Positions 49,203 to 58,900 of a stretch of 64,000 nt of DNA are shown piece after piece. Below the pieces are notes generated by a model, which did not search any database, had not been told where the DNA came from, and worked only from the letters and a program-made list of their open reading frames with translations. Numbering within the stretch: the first letter of the stretch is position 1; each line of letters opens with the position of its first letter. The position numbers and the translations under genes are program-made. The stretch is from assembly GCA_000146465.1 (NCBI GenBank), contig CP001949.1; one strand, given 5' to 3'.

Positions 49203-49967
49203 ATGGACGGAAGGGTTTTATTCAATGTATCGGACCTTGCAGATATATTCAGGTGTTTTGGAACTTTTGTGAGTTCTTCTCAGATACATGAGTATATGGA
49301 GTCTGCCGGATATATAGAAAGGTTGGAGCAGCTCAAAGATTTCTTTGGAAAAGACTGTCTGGAGGTGGTATGCAGCAGTGTATTGAACAGCAAGCTTCTT
49401 GAACGTATAGAGTCTTCTGCAGATGGCGGAAAAGGATCCGGGCATCTGGATGATACAAGGATAGAATTCACCGGGTCCAAGTTCTCTTTTGGAGAATACA
49501 AGTTTGAGAGCCAGAAAGAAGATCAAGATCTTGACAGATTCCGTAATGTAAACGAACTATACCCTTTTAATTGTCAATGGACCGATAACATCATGGATGG
49601 AATACTTAAGAACATATATACAAGCGACGGAAAGAAGGCTGAAGACGGCTGCATGAAGAAAGGGTCCGACGTTGTAAGAGCAGGGAGTAGAGGAAGACAT
49701 ATGAAAGTCTCGGGAAGCCTAAAGGATCGCCCGTTTGTGTGTACATACAACGATTGTAAGAGAGCCTTCAAGAGATATGAGCATTTGAAGCGCCATAACC
49801 TGATGCATACTGGAGAAAGACCTCATAAATGCAGATTCCCCGGGTGCTCCAAAGCCTTTTCCAGATCAGACAACCTGTCCCAGCACTATAAAGTTCATAC
49901 CACAACAAGTGAGATACATGCCAAGAGCTATGAATCCTATAGATACTTGAATAAAGAGTTTAACTAG
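49203..49967 (+). CDS. C2H2 zinc-finger transcription factor (Sp/KLF-like fingers)
   Basis: FVCTYNDCKRAFKRYEHLKRHNLMHTGERPHKCRFPGCSKAFSRSDNLSQHYKVH, i.e. C2H2 fingers joined by a TGERP linker. Confidence 0.7.
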   Translation: MDGRVLFNVSDLADIFRCFGTFVSSSQIHEYMESAGYIERLEQLKDFFGKDCLEVVCSSVLNSKLLERIESSADGGKGSGHLDDTRIEFTGSKFSFGEYKFESQKEDQDLDRFRNVNELYPFNCQWTDNIMDGILKNIYTSDGKKAEDGCMKKGSDVVRAGSRGRHMKVSGSLKDRPFVCTYNDCKRAFKRYEHLKRHNLMHTGERPHKCRFPGCSKAFSRSDNLSQHYKVHTTTSEIHAKSYESYRYLNKEFN

Positions 49968-49973
49968 AGAAGA

Positions 49974-50408
49974 TTATTTTTCCAGCTTGTCTTTAGAACC
50001 AAAAGCTGAAGTCGATGAGTTGACATGGTTCGCCTGCATTCGGAGCCTATTTATTTCATCTTTCATGGCTGATTCCTTCTTTAACTTCATGGATGTATCT
50101 TCTGCTTCTTCTTGGATGCCGGGCTCCTCCTCTACTTTTACACAACCATCTTCGGTGATATACACCCCATTCTTTGGATCGGTTTTAATGCTTAATATCT
50201 TACTGCATCCAGTGCATTTTATGTGGAAGCGATGGCTTTCTACCCCCAAGTAGTCCTTTCCCAATGCTATTTCCCTTGTGGCATTGTGTCTTTTATTTTT
50301 GTATATGTAGGCACCACACGATAGACACTTGATCGTGAATGGCGTTGCCAATCTTGTGGGCAGTCCTTTTGGCTTGGAGCTTTTCTTCTTGTTTAGAGCA
50401 CTCTTCAT
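49974..50408 (-). CDS. splicing factor Yju2/Cwc16 (CCDC94-like)
   Basis: RLATPFTIKCLSCGAYIYKNKRHNATRE..HRFHIKCTGCSKILSIKTDPKNGVYITEDG is collinear with the Yju2 [54 protein letters not shown]. Confidence 0.65.
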   Translation of the reverse strand: MKSALNKKKSSKPKGLPTRLATPFTIKCLSCGAYIYKNKRHNATREIALGKDYLGVESHRFHIKCTGCSKILSIKTDPKNGVYITEDGCVKVEEEPGIQEEAEDTSMKLKKESAMKDEINRLRMQANHVNSSTSAFGSKDKLEK

Positions 50409-50479
50409 TAAGGCTATCCAGAGGCGAGATTTATCTTTCCACTCTCTTTCAGAGAAGGAAGCAATGGCAATAAGGGCCA

Positions 50480-50551
50480 GGGTTCGTAGCTCAGAGGTAG
50501 AGCAATTGATTGCAGATCAATCGGTCACAGGTTCGATTCCTGTCGGGCCCT
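50480..50551 (+). tRNA. tRNA-Cys (anticodon GCA)
   Basis: Manual cloverleaf fold: acceptor GGGTTCG/CGGGCCC (two G-U pairs), D-stem GCTC/GAGC, anticodon stem ATTGA/TCAAT with loop TTGCAGA, T-arm ACAGG-TTCGATT-CCTGT; no intron. Confidence 0.85.
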
Positions 50552-50588
50552 TTCCTTTTCTCAAAACTCTTTTTTTGCTCTTATCCAT

Positions 50589-50795
50589 ATGGATGCAGTA
50601 GAGATTCTTCAAAGATTGAAGGAAGTTGCCGAACATTCCAAAGAGCTGGACTTCAAGCTCCAGGAAACACACAAGTCTCTGGAGTCCTGCGCAGATGCCA
50701 CCATCGAAATGGAGGCAATATCCGCCAAGATTTCAAAAGTCTTTGCTCTGTACAGAGACCTTGTCGATTTGTTGAATAAATACAGCACTTCTTAA
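50589..50795 (+). CDS. small coiled-coil protein (68 aa), hypothetical
   Basis: ATG ORF with amphipathic heptads; lies in an otherwise empty spacer. Confidence 0.25.
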   Translation: MDAVEILQRLKEVAEHSKELDFKLQETHKSLESCADATIEMEAISAKISKVFALYRDLVDLLNKYSTS

Positions 50796-50801
50796 ACAGC
50801 C

Positions 50802-51341
50802 TTACTTAATGTCTTTTATTAAAAGCAGGCATATTCTTCTAAAAATCGACGGATGTCCTGTGTAGCAGACACCATTGTACCAAACTCCTTCGGAGTTTGA
50901 AATAAAGTTGATGGTTCCTGCAGGAAAGTACAGCGATCCAATAAGATACGACAGAAATATAAAGTAGAAGGGCGATTTTTCCTCGTTGTCAATGGTCTCC
51001 ACAAGGCGAATTATATATTTACTGCTCACTATCGTCTTAATCTTTGTTCCGTTGACTATCATTACAACCCGATCCCGCATGGGATTTATAAGCCTCAGTG
51101 TGAAGTAGAATCCCTCAAAGTCTTCTCTCTTTATTTTTAATTCCTCTCTCATTTCCTTGGAGGCATTGAGATACGTCCTTGTTTGGAACTCATCGTTTGG
51201 AGTCTCGATCTTGCTATTAATTTCCTTGGGCGACGGAAACATCATCATGCACATAATAATCACCATCATAATCCCTGCAATGGCCAGCAGCTTAGGAGTT
51301 AGCGAATTACTCCCAAATCTTAAGCTTTTTATTATCTTCAT
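50802..51341 (-). CDS. type II membrane (signal-anchor) protein, hypothetical
   Basis: A single N-terminal hydrophobic helix LLAIAGIMMVIIMCMMMF, then about 140 aa of hydrophilic domain. Confidence 0.35.
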   Translation of the reverse strand: MKIIKSLRFGSNSLTPKLLAIAGIMMVIIMCMMMFPSPKEINSKIETPNDEFQTRTYLNASKEMREELKIKREDFEGFYFTLRLINPMRDRVVMIVNGTKIKTIVSSKYIIRLVETIDNEEKSPFYFIFLSYLIGSLYFPAGTINFISNSEGVWYNGVCYTGHPSIFRRICLLLIKDIK

Positions 51342-51459
51342 TATACGTTTTTTAAATCAGGGTACTTCTTAGGGCTTTGTTACGTCCTGTGCATAAAGGA
51401 GATATTCAGTCTCCATGGTTCCCGATCCAAGGAGAGGGAAAACCAGTAATATCCTTCCA

Positions 51460-53214
51460 TTATTCATACAAGCCTTGGACCATTTTGGATAGTGGCCCGT
51501 CCCCTGGCTCTCTTCCTTCAAATATATCTCTAACACATCTCAAGCCCATCTCGCTCTTCCATTCCTCTCCCTCAAACACCTCCTTCAATTTCTTTACCAT
51601 CCCAACAAGTTCAAAGTACTCAGAGCTCTCTAGCCTATGCTTCAACACTATCTCTTCAAGAACAAACCCATCTATCTTCTCTTTTACACTGTGCTTTATG
51701 GCATTGTACGACAAGCACTCTTTATAATCTTCAAGACACCTTTCAACATCAACCACTAGATTCCGGAATACCATCCCTGGATCATGAAAAAACTTCCTGA
51801 TTGGCCGGAGCCTTTCAGCTGTGTCATTCATTGCCAACGACATAATCAGCTTGAGATTCTCACTATTGAAATCAGAAATCCTCTCTAGAGATCCCGTTAC
51901 AGCCTCGTGAAGCATATCTTGAGGATTTCCTCCTTCCTCCTTCACAACCATAGTCTTATTCTCTATGCTTAATCTGCTGTCAAAGACCACCTCACTCTCT
52001 TGCTCTAGCAAAAATGTCTTCAACCTTTCAAACTCACTGTACACCCAGCAAAGAACTCTTACCTCTTGCCTGTTTATGTACCTTAGGCTTTCCAAAAACA
52101 CTCTGTTGTAGTCAACAATAATCTTAATGGCATCTTCCATCCCAAACACTGGATCCAACGTCCGGAACCTGTAGATATACAGAAGACACTCTCTTGAAAG
52201 CTCTTTGTATCCTCCAAACCATTTTACATGTCTTGCCTCGTGTATCTTCACCAGTCTTTCCCGAACATATTTCTTCTGTTCTTGGCAGAGAACACTTCCT
52301 AGAGAGGGAAATTCAAGAACAATGTTGTAGCTGTGATAAACCTCGTATCTAAACTTCATAACCTGGGTTCCAAGATGCAGTGCTAGATTTCTCTTCTGTT
52401 TACTACTACTTCCAGATATCTCTTCTATCTTCTCTTTTATTAGGTTTCCGGTCCTAACCACTAAGTCTCTAAATTCCCCATTGCCTTCGCCGTCTCTTTT
52501 GTTCTTCTTGCTTAGCTCTAGATATATGTCAAGAATCCCCCTGCTTTCACGAAGCTTCAAAAGAATGAAGTCTAGAAACCATTCAGGTTTATCCAGTCTG
52601 TTTGTATCCCTGTTGCTCATAAAGTGGTACTCAAAGCCCTTCGATATCCTTTCGTAAAGAAAGTCTATCATTGTATCTTCACAAAAATATTCCTCATATT
52701 TTCTCAGAAACTTCATATTGAACACAAACTCATGCATCTTCTGTTTGTCCTGCAACTTCTTTTCCATCTGTGACAAAATATATTCCCTTAACTTCCCCTT
52801 CTCTTCTGCATAGAACCTCTCCAGACGTCTCCCAAGGTTTCTAAATACATTCCTCTTAATCAATCCCTTAATCTTTGTAAACTCCTCAAAAGCTGCGAAT
52901 GATGTCGAAGGATGAATTCTAGAGGCCTCTTCAAATATTTCTCTGTACAGAGACTCAAATTCCCCCTTTATACTTCTCAGGACATCCTTCCTGTATTTGG
53001 AAACCTTATCTTTCAGCTCCATAAATCCTTCCTTTTTCTCAAGAAGAGCTGAAACCATTCCATTTATTTCCTTTTCCAATGCTTCTATCGCCGATCTTTC
53101 TTTCTGTGCTTGCTCGAGAAGTTGATTCCTGTACTCGATCCTGTCGTTTTCCTTTTGTTTAAATTGTTCCAGTCGGTATTCCAGATGATCCTTTTTTTTT
53201 AAAAGAACATCCAT
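51460..53214 (-). CDS. large helical protein with N-terminal coiled coil; possibly a tethering factor (RINT1/Tip20-like), very uncertain
   Basis: 584-aa intact ORF; coiled coil for about 150 aa, then helical repeats; the family call rests on architecture only. Confidence 0.3.
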   Translation of the reverse strand: MDVLLKKKDHLEYRLEQFKQKENDRIEYRNQLLEQAQKERSAIEALEKEINGMVSALLEKKEGFMELKDKVSKYRKDVLRSIKGEFESLYREIFEEASRIHPSTSFAAFEEFTKIKGLIKRNVFRNLGRRLERFYAEEKGKLREYILSQMEKKLQDKQKMHEFVFNMKFLRKYEEYFCEDTMIDFLYERISKGFEYHFMSNRDTNRLDKPEWFLDFILLKLRESRGILDIYLELSKKNKRDGEGNGEFRDLVVRTGNLIKEKIEEISGSSSKQKRNLALHLGTQVMKFRYEVYHSYNIVLEFPSLGSVLCQEQKKYVRERLVKIHEARHVKWFGGYKELSRECLLYIYRFRTLDPVFGMEDAIKIIVDYNRVFLESLRYINRQEVRVLCWVYSEFERLKTFLLEQESEVVFDSRLSIENKTMVVKEEGGNPQDMLHEAVTGSLERISDFNSENLKLIMSLAMNDTAERLRPIRKFFHDPGMVFRNLVVDVERCLEDYKECLSYNAIKHSVKEKIDGFVLEEIVLKHRLESSEYFELVGMVKKLKEVFEGEEWKSEMGLRCVRDIFEGREPGDGPLSKMVQGLYE

Positions 53215-53398
53215 CGATGGGCCTGCTTGAAGAATTTACAAAACCCATGTCCATCACCAATATCCCAAGGTATCTTCATTCCAATCTCTCTATCAAGATC
53301 GAATCGGATATCTCATCCCTGCACGGGATTTGTGTTTGAAAAAATTTACCCCTATGAAGTCAGAGACCTCCAGGCCAACGATGTTCTCAAAGGTAAAC

Positions 53399-53920
53399 AT
53401 GACAAACCCTATAACAAAGGAATACAGAATCCATGGAAGTGCAATGCCTACTGAGGACTGCCCAAGACCCCAGGTATTTGTGGCAACCATCTTTACGAAG
53501 AACCATGTGTTTGCCAAGGCAAAGTTCTTCAAGATTCTTGAGAAGAAGTACAAGATCAAAGCATCCAGAGGGTTGATTATCAACTGCGAACAGATTCCCG
53601 AGCCTTCGTTCAAGGAGGTCCAGAACTACGGGGTACGATTTGTCTACCGCAGCAGAAGTGGAATCCACAACGGATATAAGGAATGCAGAGCAATAAGCAG
53701 GTGTGGGGCTGTCGACTATGTGTTAAGGGAGCTGGCGGGCAGACACAAGCTAAAGAGATCTGCAGTGGACATAATAGGTGTGGAAGTTGTTCCTGTGGAA
53801 CAGCTGAAGAGGGCAAAAACCATGGAGTTTGCCGATGAGAATGTCGAGTTTCCTGTCTTTACCAAGATTCTCAACACCAAGAGTTTACTGATTCCTGCAG
53901 AATACAATCCCTCTGAATAA
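53399..53920 (+). CDS. RPL18A: 60S ribosomal protein L18a (eL20)
   Basis: KEYRIHGSAMP..VFVATIFTKNHVFAKAKFF..GVRFVYRSRSGIHNGYKECRAISRCGAVDYVLRELAGRHK is collinear with RPL18A ([29 protein letters not shown]..); the track ORF extends upstream to 53330. Confidence 0.8.
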   Translation: MTNPITKEYRIHGSAMPTEDCPRPQVFVATIFTKNHVFAKAKFFKILEKKYKIKASRGLIINCEQIPEPSFKEVQNYGVRFVYRSRSGIHNGYKECRAISRCGAVDYVLRELAGRHKLKRSAVDIIGVEVVPVEQLKRAKTMEFADENVEFPVFTKILNTKSLLIPAEYNPSE

Positions 53921-54016
53921 TCCCAGGTGATCACTATTAAAGCTTATTTTATTCTTTTAGACTTCCTGTTCCAGCTTGGAGATTTGTTCTAATGTATGAG
54001 GGCCTTACCCTAAGTC

Positions 54017-56197
54017 ATGACTACAGCCGAGGCTTGTAACCTTGAGAGAATGCAACTTATATTCAACGAGATCCAGCAGTGCGATACAAAGAGATATTCG
54101 GAAACATTGAAGGAGATGGTGGAGATGTTAACTACACAGGAGCTTTTTGAGGAATTCTGCAAGGTCATAAACATTATCCTTGTATGCAAAAGGACGAGCA
54201 TCCCGTCTAGAATATCCAATTTCCTCCGAAGAACATTTGAAGATGTATCGGATGTTCCAAAGGGTGCCGAGTTTGTTCTCCAGGTGTTCTGCTACCTTTC
54301 CAAGCTTGCAGAGTCGAAGATCGCAAAGGTGAGAAAAAACTCCCTCTCTCTTCTCAGATTGTTAACAGAGACAGTGGGACCAGAGGCTATTGGAAATGGG
54401 TTTCTGGAAAGGATTTCAGAGAGGTTGTTTGATAAAGAAAAAGGAGTAAGGAAAGAAGCACTAAAAGTTCTTTCCAGTTACCAGGGAATGGAATTGAATC
54501 CAAAGGTGAGGATTGTAAACTTGTTCAAGGACATAGTCAGGCACGATCCAAGCGACGAAGTAAGAGCTCTTGCTTTGAGCCTGATCTCTATAGATCAATC
54601 GACCTATGGATGCATAACCGAAAGATGTATGGATGCAAATGAGTCAATAAGAAAGATGTTCTACGAGAATTGCCTTCTAGAAATTGATCTGAAGGGTCTT
54701 TCTCAGGATCGAAGGATCCTTTTGATGGAAAAGGCTATACTCGAAAGGGAGTTTGATGCAAAGGGACTGCTGATTGATGCCATACTTGCAGCATACAAGC
54801 TCCCTTCTGAACTCAAGGCTATGAATGAATCCTTCTATAGCAGATCTTCTCAGAGGTATCTGGAGACTTTGCTTAGGGGGATTTTTGAAAGAGTCGGGTG
54901 TGAGAAAGAGTTTGGATATCTCCTTTCGGAGCCTTCGGAAGAAAATACCTTTCTGTCAAGGGTTGAGCTCCTATACATAGAAGAATTCTTTGGAAGAGAT
55001 GACCTGCAGCTCCCAGACCTCGAGAGTTTTGTTACTGTGATGTATCAGTCGTGCCTTTCGGTTGTTGAGTCTCGAGACGCCCTGGAAAGAGAAGTAAGGG
55101 TTGAAGCAATGAAGAATCTGTTCAAGATTGCCCGATTCTACGATTTCTTTAATGAGACATCCAGAAAGTACATTCTTAGCGCTGTTTATAAGCTCCTTGG
55201 GAAGAATTCCGTAGAAGAAGTTGTGGAGGAGGCAATGCAGATAGCAAGTCTTGTCTGTGACGACGATCTGAATAGTTTCATAGGAAGTATCATAAAGAAA
55301 AATGCAAAGGCTTCTCCAAGGGTATGTCTGATGGTATGCAAGCAGGTCATGAAACACATTCATCCCTTTGGACAACTTCACGAAGCAATAATAGAAGAGA
55401 TTGTCTTGCCTAACTTAGGCTTGCAAGAAACAGTCGCAGAGATACTGGAGGTGGGGTTTTATTATGTCTTAAACAAGACTCACCATGCAATCACTCAGAG
55501 TCTTATTCACAACATAGAAGCAGATAACAAGGTGCTTAAGATGTGTGTGGATCTTGCACTCTCTCCCAATGGTGAAGAACTGCTAAGCCATGTCTTAAGA
55601 TACATAGAGAAGAAGTTGGAGGATGGGGAAAGTGAGGACATCATAATTCCAGGCTCTAAGATAGTATTATCCAAAACCAAAGCTCCAAAAGAGCTCCGAG
55701 AAAAGTTCATTGCGTTTGCACTTGAGAGATATTACCATACACAGGATGACCATCTCAAGCAGTATTGCAGCATACTGTTTTTCGAACTGTTTTCGGAAGA
55801 CAGTTCCCTTCTTACTTCCGTGTTCTGTGGTCTCCTCGAGGCCCTGGGATCCTCGTGCAAGGTATTTATCGACCAATCTCTCTATTGGATAGGAAACAGT
55901 AGGTATCCTAACGGATCACAGCTCCTCTTCTACAATATCTGTGTTTATCTTGCAGGTGGATATGGAAAGGATCAAACCAAAAAGACCCTTCTCAAGGTTC
56001 TGGAGAGAATAGAGGTCTTAAGATGCTGGGACCCAAGAATTACCAAGAAGATCCTGTTCTGCTGTCCTCTAATGGCAAAAAAGCTGGGAGGCAGGTTCAA
56101 TGTAAGCGAAGTAACAGGAAGGCTGAGAGAAATAGACGATGGTGTGCCTATTTCCCCAGAGGACTTGTGCGACGTAAGGAAGGATCTGGAGAATTGA
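54017..56197 (+). CDS. HEAT-repeat protein, condensin subunit CAP-G/Ycg1-like
   Basis: Serial HEAT-like units (..KEKGVRKEALKVLSSYQ.., ..DPSDEVRALALSLIS..) with spacing and an N-terminal pattern typical of CAP-G; CCC before the ATG. Confidence 0.4.
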   Translation: MTTAEACNLERMQLIFNEIQQCDTKRYSETLKEMVEMLTTQELFEEFCKVINIILVCKRTSIPSRISNFLRRTFEDVSDVPKGAEFVLQVFCYLSKLAESKIAKVRKNSLSLLRLLTETVGPEAIGNGFLERISERLFDKEKGVRKEALKVLSSYQGMELNPKVRIVNLFKDIVRHDPSDEVRALALSLISIDQSTYGCITERCMDANESIRKMFYENCLLEIDLKGLSQDRRILLMEKAILEREFDAKGLLIDAILAAYKLPSELKAMNESFYSRSSQRYLETLLRGIFERVGCEKEFGYLLSEPSEENTFLSRVELLYIEEFFGRDDLQLPDLESFVTVMYQSCLSVVESRDALEREVRVEAMKNLFKIARFYDFFNETSRKYILSAVYKLLGKNSVEEVVEEAMQIASLVCDDDLNSFIGSIIKKNAKASPRVCLMVCKQVMKHIHPFGQLHEAIIEEIVLPNLGLQETVAEILEVGFYYVLNKTHHAITQSLIHNIEADNKVLKMCVDLALSPNGEELLSHVLRYIEKKLEDGESEDIIIPGSKIVLSKTKAPKELREKFIAFALERYYHTQDDHLKQYCSILFFELFSEDSSLLTSVFCGLLEALGSSCKVFIDQSLYWIGNSRYPNGSQLLFYNICVYLAGGYGKDQTKKTLLKVLERIEVLRCWDPRITKKILFCCPLMAKKLGGRFNVSEVTGRLREIDDGVPISPEDLCDVRKDLEN

Positions 56198-56209
56198 ATG
56201 CACTTTGCC

Positions 56210-58003
56210 TTACGATTCCTGGGATTCTCTCAAGCTTTTCTTCAGAAATTCCAAGAGCTTCTTTGACAATGTCTTCTCCTTGTTCTTGGCCAGATTGTAA
56301 AAAATGAACAGGCAGTAATATCTGTCGTTTCTTACGATGGACCGGATCAGGCAGCTAGTGTCAAAGATGTGAAAATAGTCTAGGGAGATCAAGAACATTT
56401 TTGAAAGAAGCTTCTTTGAGAGACTGAATCTTACTATGCTTCCAAGCAATTGGAAGAACTCATCCATTAATCTTCTCTTGGTTTCATTAAATCTTGATAT
56501 TCCATGCAAATCCACAAGGTGGAGAATAAAATTTGATTTGGAAATCCTATTCTCATAGAACATCCCTGTGCTGTCTATGATCTTCTTAAGAAAAACAGAA
56601 ACAGCCATAAGCTCTCCCTCAGCAGGGACGATGGTTAGCTCATCCCATGCAATCGCTGCAAGTACATTTACATTGTCTTCATCCACGTCTCTTGTGTCTA
56701 CCCTCTCAAAAATGTTCTCTGGAATCGAACATGTGCATTCTACATTCCATGTTTTCTGTGATTCATTCAAATGTCTGCTGTGTTCTATGGCCTTGTCTAG
56801 TAGAGAATACTGTACAAATAACTCACCAAGCACCTCGTATTTCATACACCTGACCCTATAGTCTTCGTTATCTAAATATATCAGTCCGTCAAATATCCTC
56901 CTGAGGATTGATCTTCTTAGAAAGTTCTTTTCCACAACAACTTTCAAGAAATACAAATACAGACTCAAGTCCTTTGCATCTGAACACCTACTGACAAATT
57001 CAATTGACTGGAGAATAAAGTCCTCCAGCTTTGGCCTGAACTCGATTCCTATTAGGTTGATCAGAATCCTAGGGCTTGTTTTCAGCTTGTTGAATGCATA
57101 TTCAAGAAGTTCGTCGTAATTCTCAGACACCACTTTTCGGACATTAAGTCTCTTCCAGACATCACTCCCAAGAACCTGCTTTGGAGAATCACATAACTCT
57201 AGATACTTTCCAATCACCTCGACATGAAGAGGGACATCAGTAGCATTTCGAAGAAACATTTCGATTTTTCTCAGGTCGTTTGTGTCGAGCACTGTTCTTG
57301 TAGTCTCTTTATTTACCACACATAGCTCCGGCACTCTACAGACAACCCCACATGTTTCCTGGATTCGGAGTATTATATCCGAAACATCCTCTCCTTTTTT
57401 GTACATCTGGATAAGCTTTTCAAATATCTCTTCATTGTTCCTGTACTTTTCTCTATCTAGGAGTTTTCTGATCAGTTCCAGAGAAAATATCTCCTCAATA
57501 CCCTCGTTAATGGCATCATAGTCGCTGTCCTCCAGCGGATATCCAAGAAGAAGGAGCTCGGAGATAAAAAACACTCTTCTAGATGTCTTAAACTTCTGTG
57601 CACATATTTTATAGATCTCTTCAAACATAGGACCTCGGCGAAAGTAGAAGAATTCATGTATTCGGGCCTCTGCAACGTCATTCAGCCGAGCTGCAGATTC
57701 CAGTACATGCTTTATTGAATCGATTACCATCCTTTCTGTTCTTCTGTTGGTTTTCTGGTCCTTCAAGAGGCTGAAGTAAAAGGATAGGAGGCCCGGAACA
57801 AATCTTGTGATGAGCTCCGAGGGAATTCTGTTAAGCAGGTAGTGATGGATGGAGGGATCTTCCTTAAATACATCCATGGTCTTCCTCAAGAAATACGCCA
57901 GAATCTCAGAGGAGTCCGCCAGGACTCCCATCTTCAATATCTTCTTGATTTGTTCCTCCAAACTCCCTTCCTCCTTGATTACCTCATATATTCTGCTGCT
58001 CAT
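56210..58003 (-). CDS. hypothetical alpha-helical repeat protein (597 aa)
   Basis: Intact ORF with an ATG; no motif recognised. Confidence 0.4.
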   Translation of the reverse strand: MSSRIYEVIKEEGSLEEQIKKILKMGVLADSSEILAYFLRKTMDVFKEDPSIHHYLLNRIPSELITRFVPGLLSFYFSLLKDQKTNRRTERMVIDSIKHVLESAARLNDVAEARIHEFFYFRRGPMFEEIYKICAQKFKTSRRVFFISELLLLGYPLEDSDYDAINEGIEEIFSLELIRKLLDREKYRNNEEIFEKLIQMYKKGEDVSDIILRIQETCGVVCRVPELCVVNKETTRTVLDTNDLRKIEMFLRNATDVPLHVEVIGKYLELCDSPKQVLGSDVWKRLNVRKVVSENYDELLEYAFNKLKTSPRILINLIGIEFRPKLEDFILQSIEFVSRCSDAKDLSLYLYFLKVVVEKNFLRRSILRRIFDGLIYLDNEDYRVRCMKYEVLGELFVQYSLLDKAIEHSRHLNESQKTWNVECTCSIPENIFERVDTRDVDEDNVNVLAAIAWDELTIVPAEGELMAVSVFLKKIIDSTGMFYENRISKSNFILHLVDLHGISRFNETKRRLMDEFFQLLGSIVRFSLSKKLLSKMFLISLDYFHIFDTSCLIRSIVRNDRYYCLFIFYNLAKNKEKTLSKKLLEFLKKSLRESQES

Positions 58004-58025
58004 TCAAAGGGATCCAGAATCAAGC

Positions 58026-58877
58026 TCAAGACAAGCCCCTCCATTTCTCGGCAATACCGAGATACGGCTGAAGACGCTCAGGCGATTCTAAAACATCTCC
58101 CAACCTCGGGAAATCCTCTAGTTTGACAGAATCCAAAGAGGATGGATCAATGGGGACAGAGATGATCTCTGTGGAAGGATGTACCGAAAATGGCATCTTT
58201 ATCAGATGCTTACTCTTCTGTGTTACCTCTTTATCGATTCTTATGTACATCTTCTCAAATAACTCCGACTCCTTAAACGTCTCGTCTCCAAGAAAAAAAG
58301 AATATTCTCGCAAGATCTCTTCATATTCCTTAGAGTATACTTTCTTCTTAACCACTGTGTCATAGTATCTTACTATCTCCCCTCTCTCAATATCGTTGAG
58401 CTCTAGTGCTGCCTCATCAAACACCCAACAATGCATTCCACGTCTTCCCGAAAAGACAAAGCCTACGTTCTTGAAGCCAAACTCTTTTCTCAAAGAATAA
58501 TCAAGAATCCTAACAGCCACCTTTATCAGCACCAGACACTTGTTGCATACGAGCTTTTCAGTACAGCACTCCCTAGGGTAGTCCGTCAGATCTACATCGA
58601 AAACTAGTTCCTTCCCAGCAACTTTTGGAACATTATGCTTTACAGGCCGATCCTTATAGATGGCTCCAACATCGATTCTCTCAGGGACAATTCCTAGTAG
58701 CTTCTTCCTAAATTCTTCAGCAGTCTTGAATGTAAGAAAGCGAATATATCCTCCAGACCCTAGCCCAAAAGAAATCTCCCGGTTCTCGTCGATCCGGAGA
58801 CACTTGAAAATCAGGTCCAAGGGAAACAAAGTTCTATAATATGTCTTCATCAGCCGTTCGTCAAGCCCCATTGGCAA
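58026..58877 (-). CDS. DNA primase small (catalytic) subunit Pri1/PriS
   Basis: LVFDVDLTDYPRECCTEKLVCNKCLVLIKVAVRILDYSLRKEFGFKNVGFVFSGRRGMHCWVFD matches the primase catalytic core (LVFDIDMTDY..C..C..C..FGFKH..WVYSGRRGVHCWVCD). Confidence 0.85.
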   Translation of the reverse strand: MPMGLDERLMKTYYRTLFPLDLIFKCLRIDENREISFGLGSGGYIRFLTFKTAEEFRKKLLGIVPERIDVGAIYKDRPVKHNVPKVAGKELVFDVDLTDYPRECCTEKLVCNKCLVLIKVAVRILDYSLRKEFGFKNVGFVFSGRRGMHCWVFDEAALELNDIERGEIVRYYDTVVKKKVYSKEYEEILREYSFFLGDETFKESELFEKMYIRIDKEVTQKSKHLIKMPFSVHPSTEIISVPIDPSSLDSVKLEDFPRLGDVLESPERLQPYLGIAEKWRGLS

Positions 58878-58900
58878 GGATCAAAACAATAATTTTATTT

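Noticed and set aside
50329-50601. 90-aa plus-strand ORF spanning tRNA-Cys
   Set aside because: The ORF reads straight through a canonical tRNA cloverleaf, so its translation is meaningless
53393-53419. Possible 27-nt intron (GTAAAC...AAG) at the 5' end of RPL18A
   Set aside because: The 5' splice site is non-canonical (GTAAAC, not GTAAGT/GTATGT), the length is a multiple of 3 with no stop, and there is no branch-point-like motif; the unspliced reading is equally good
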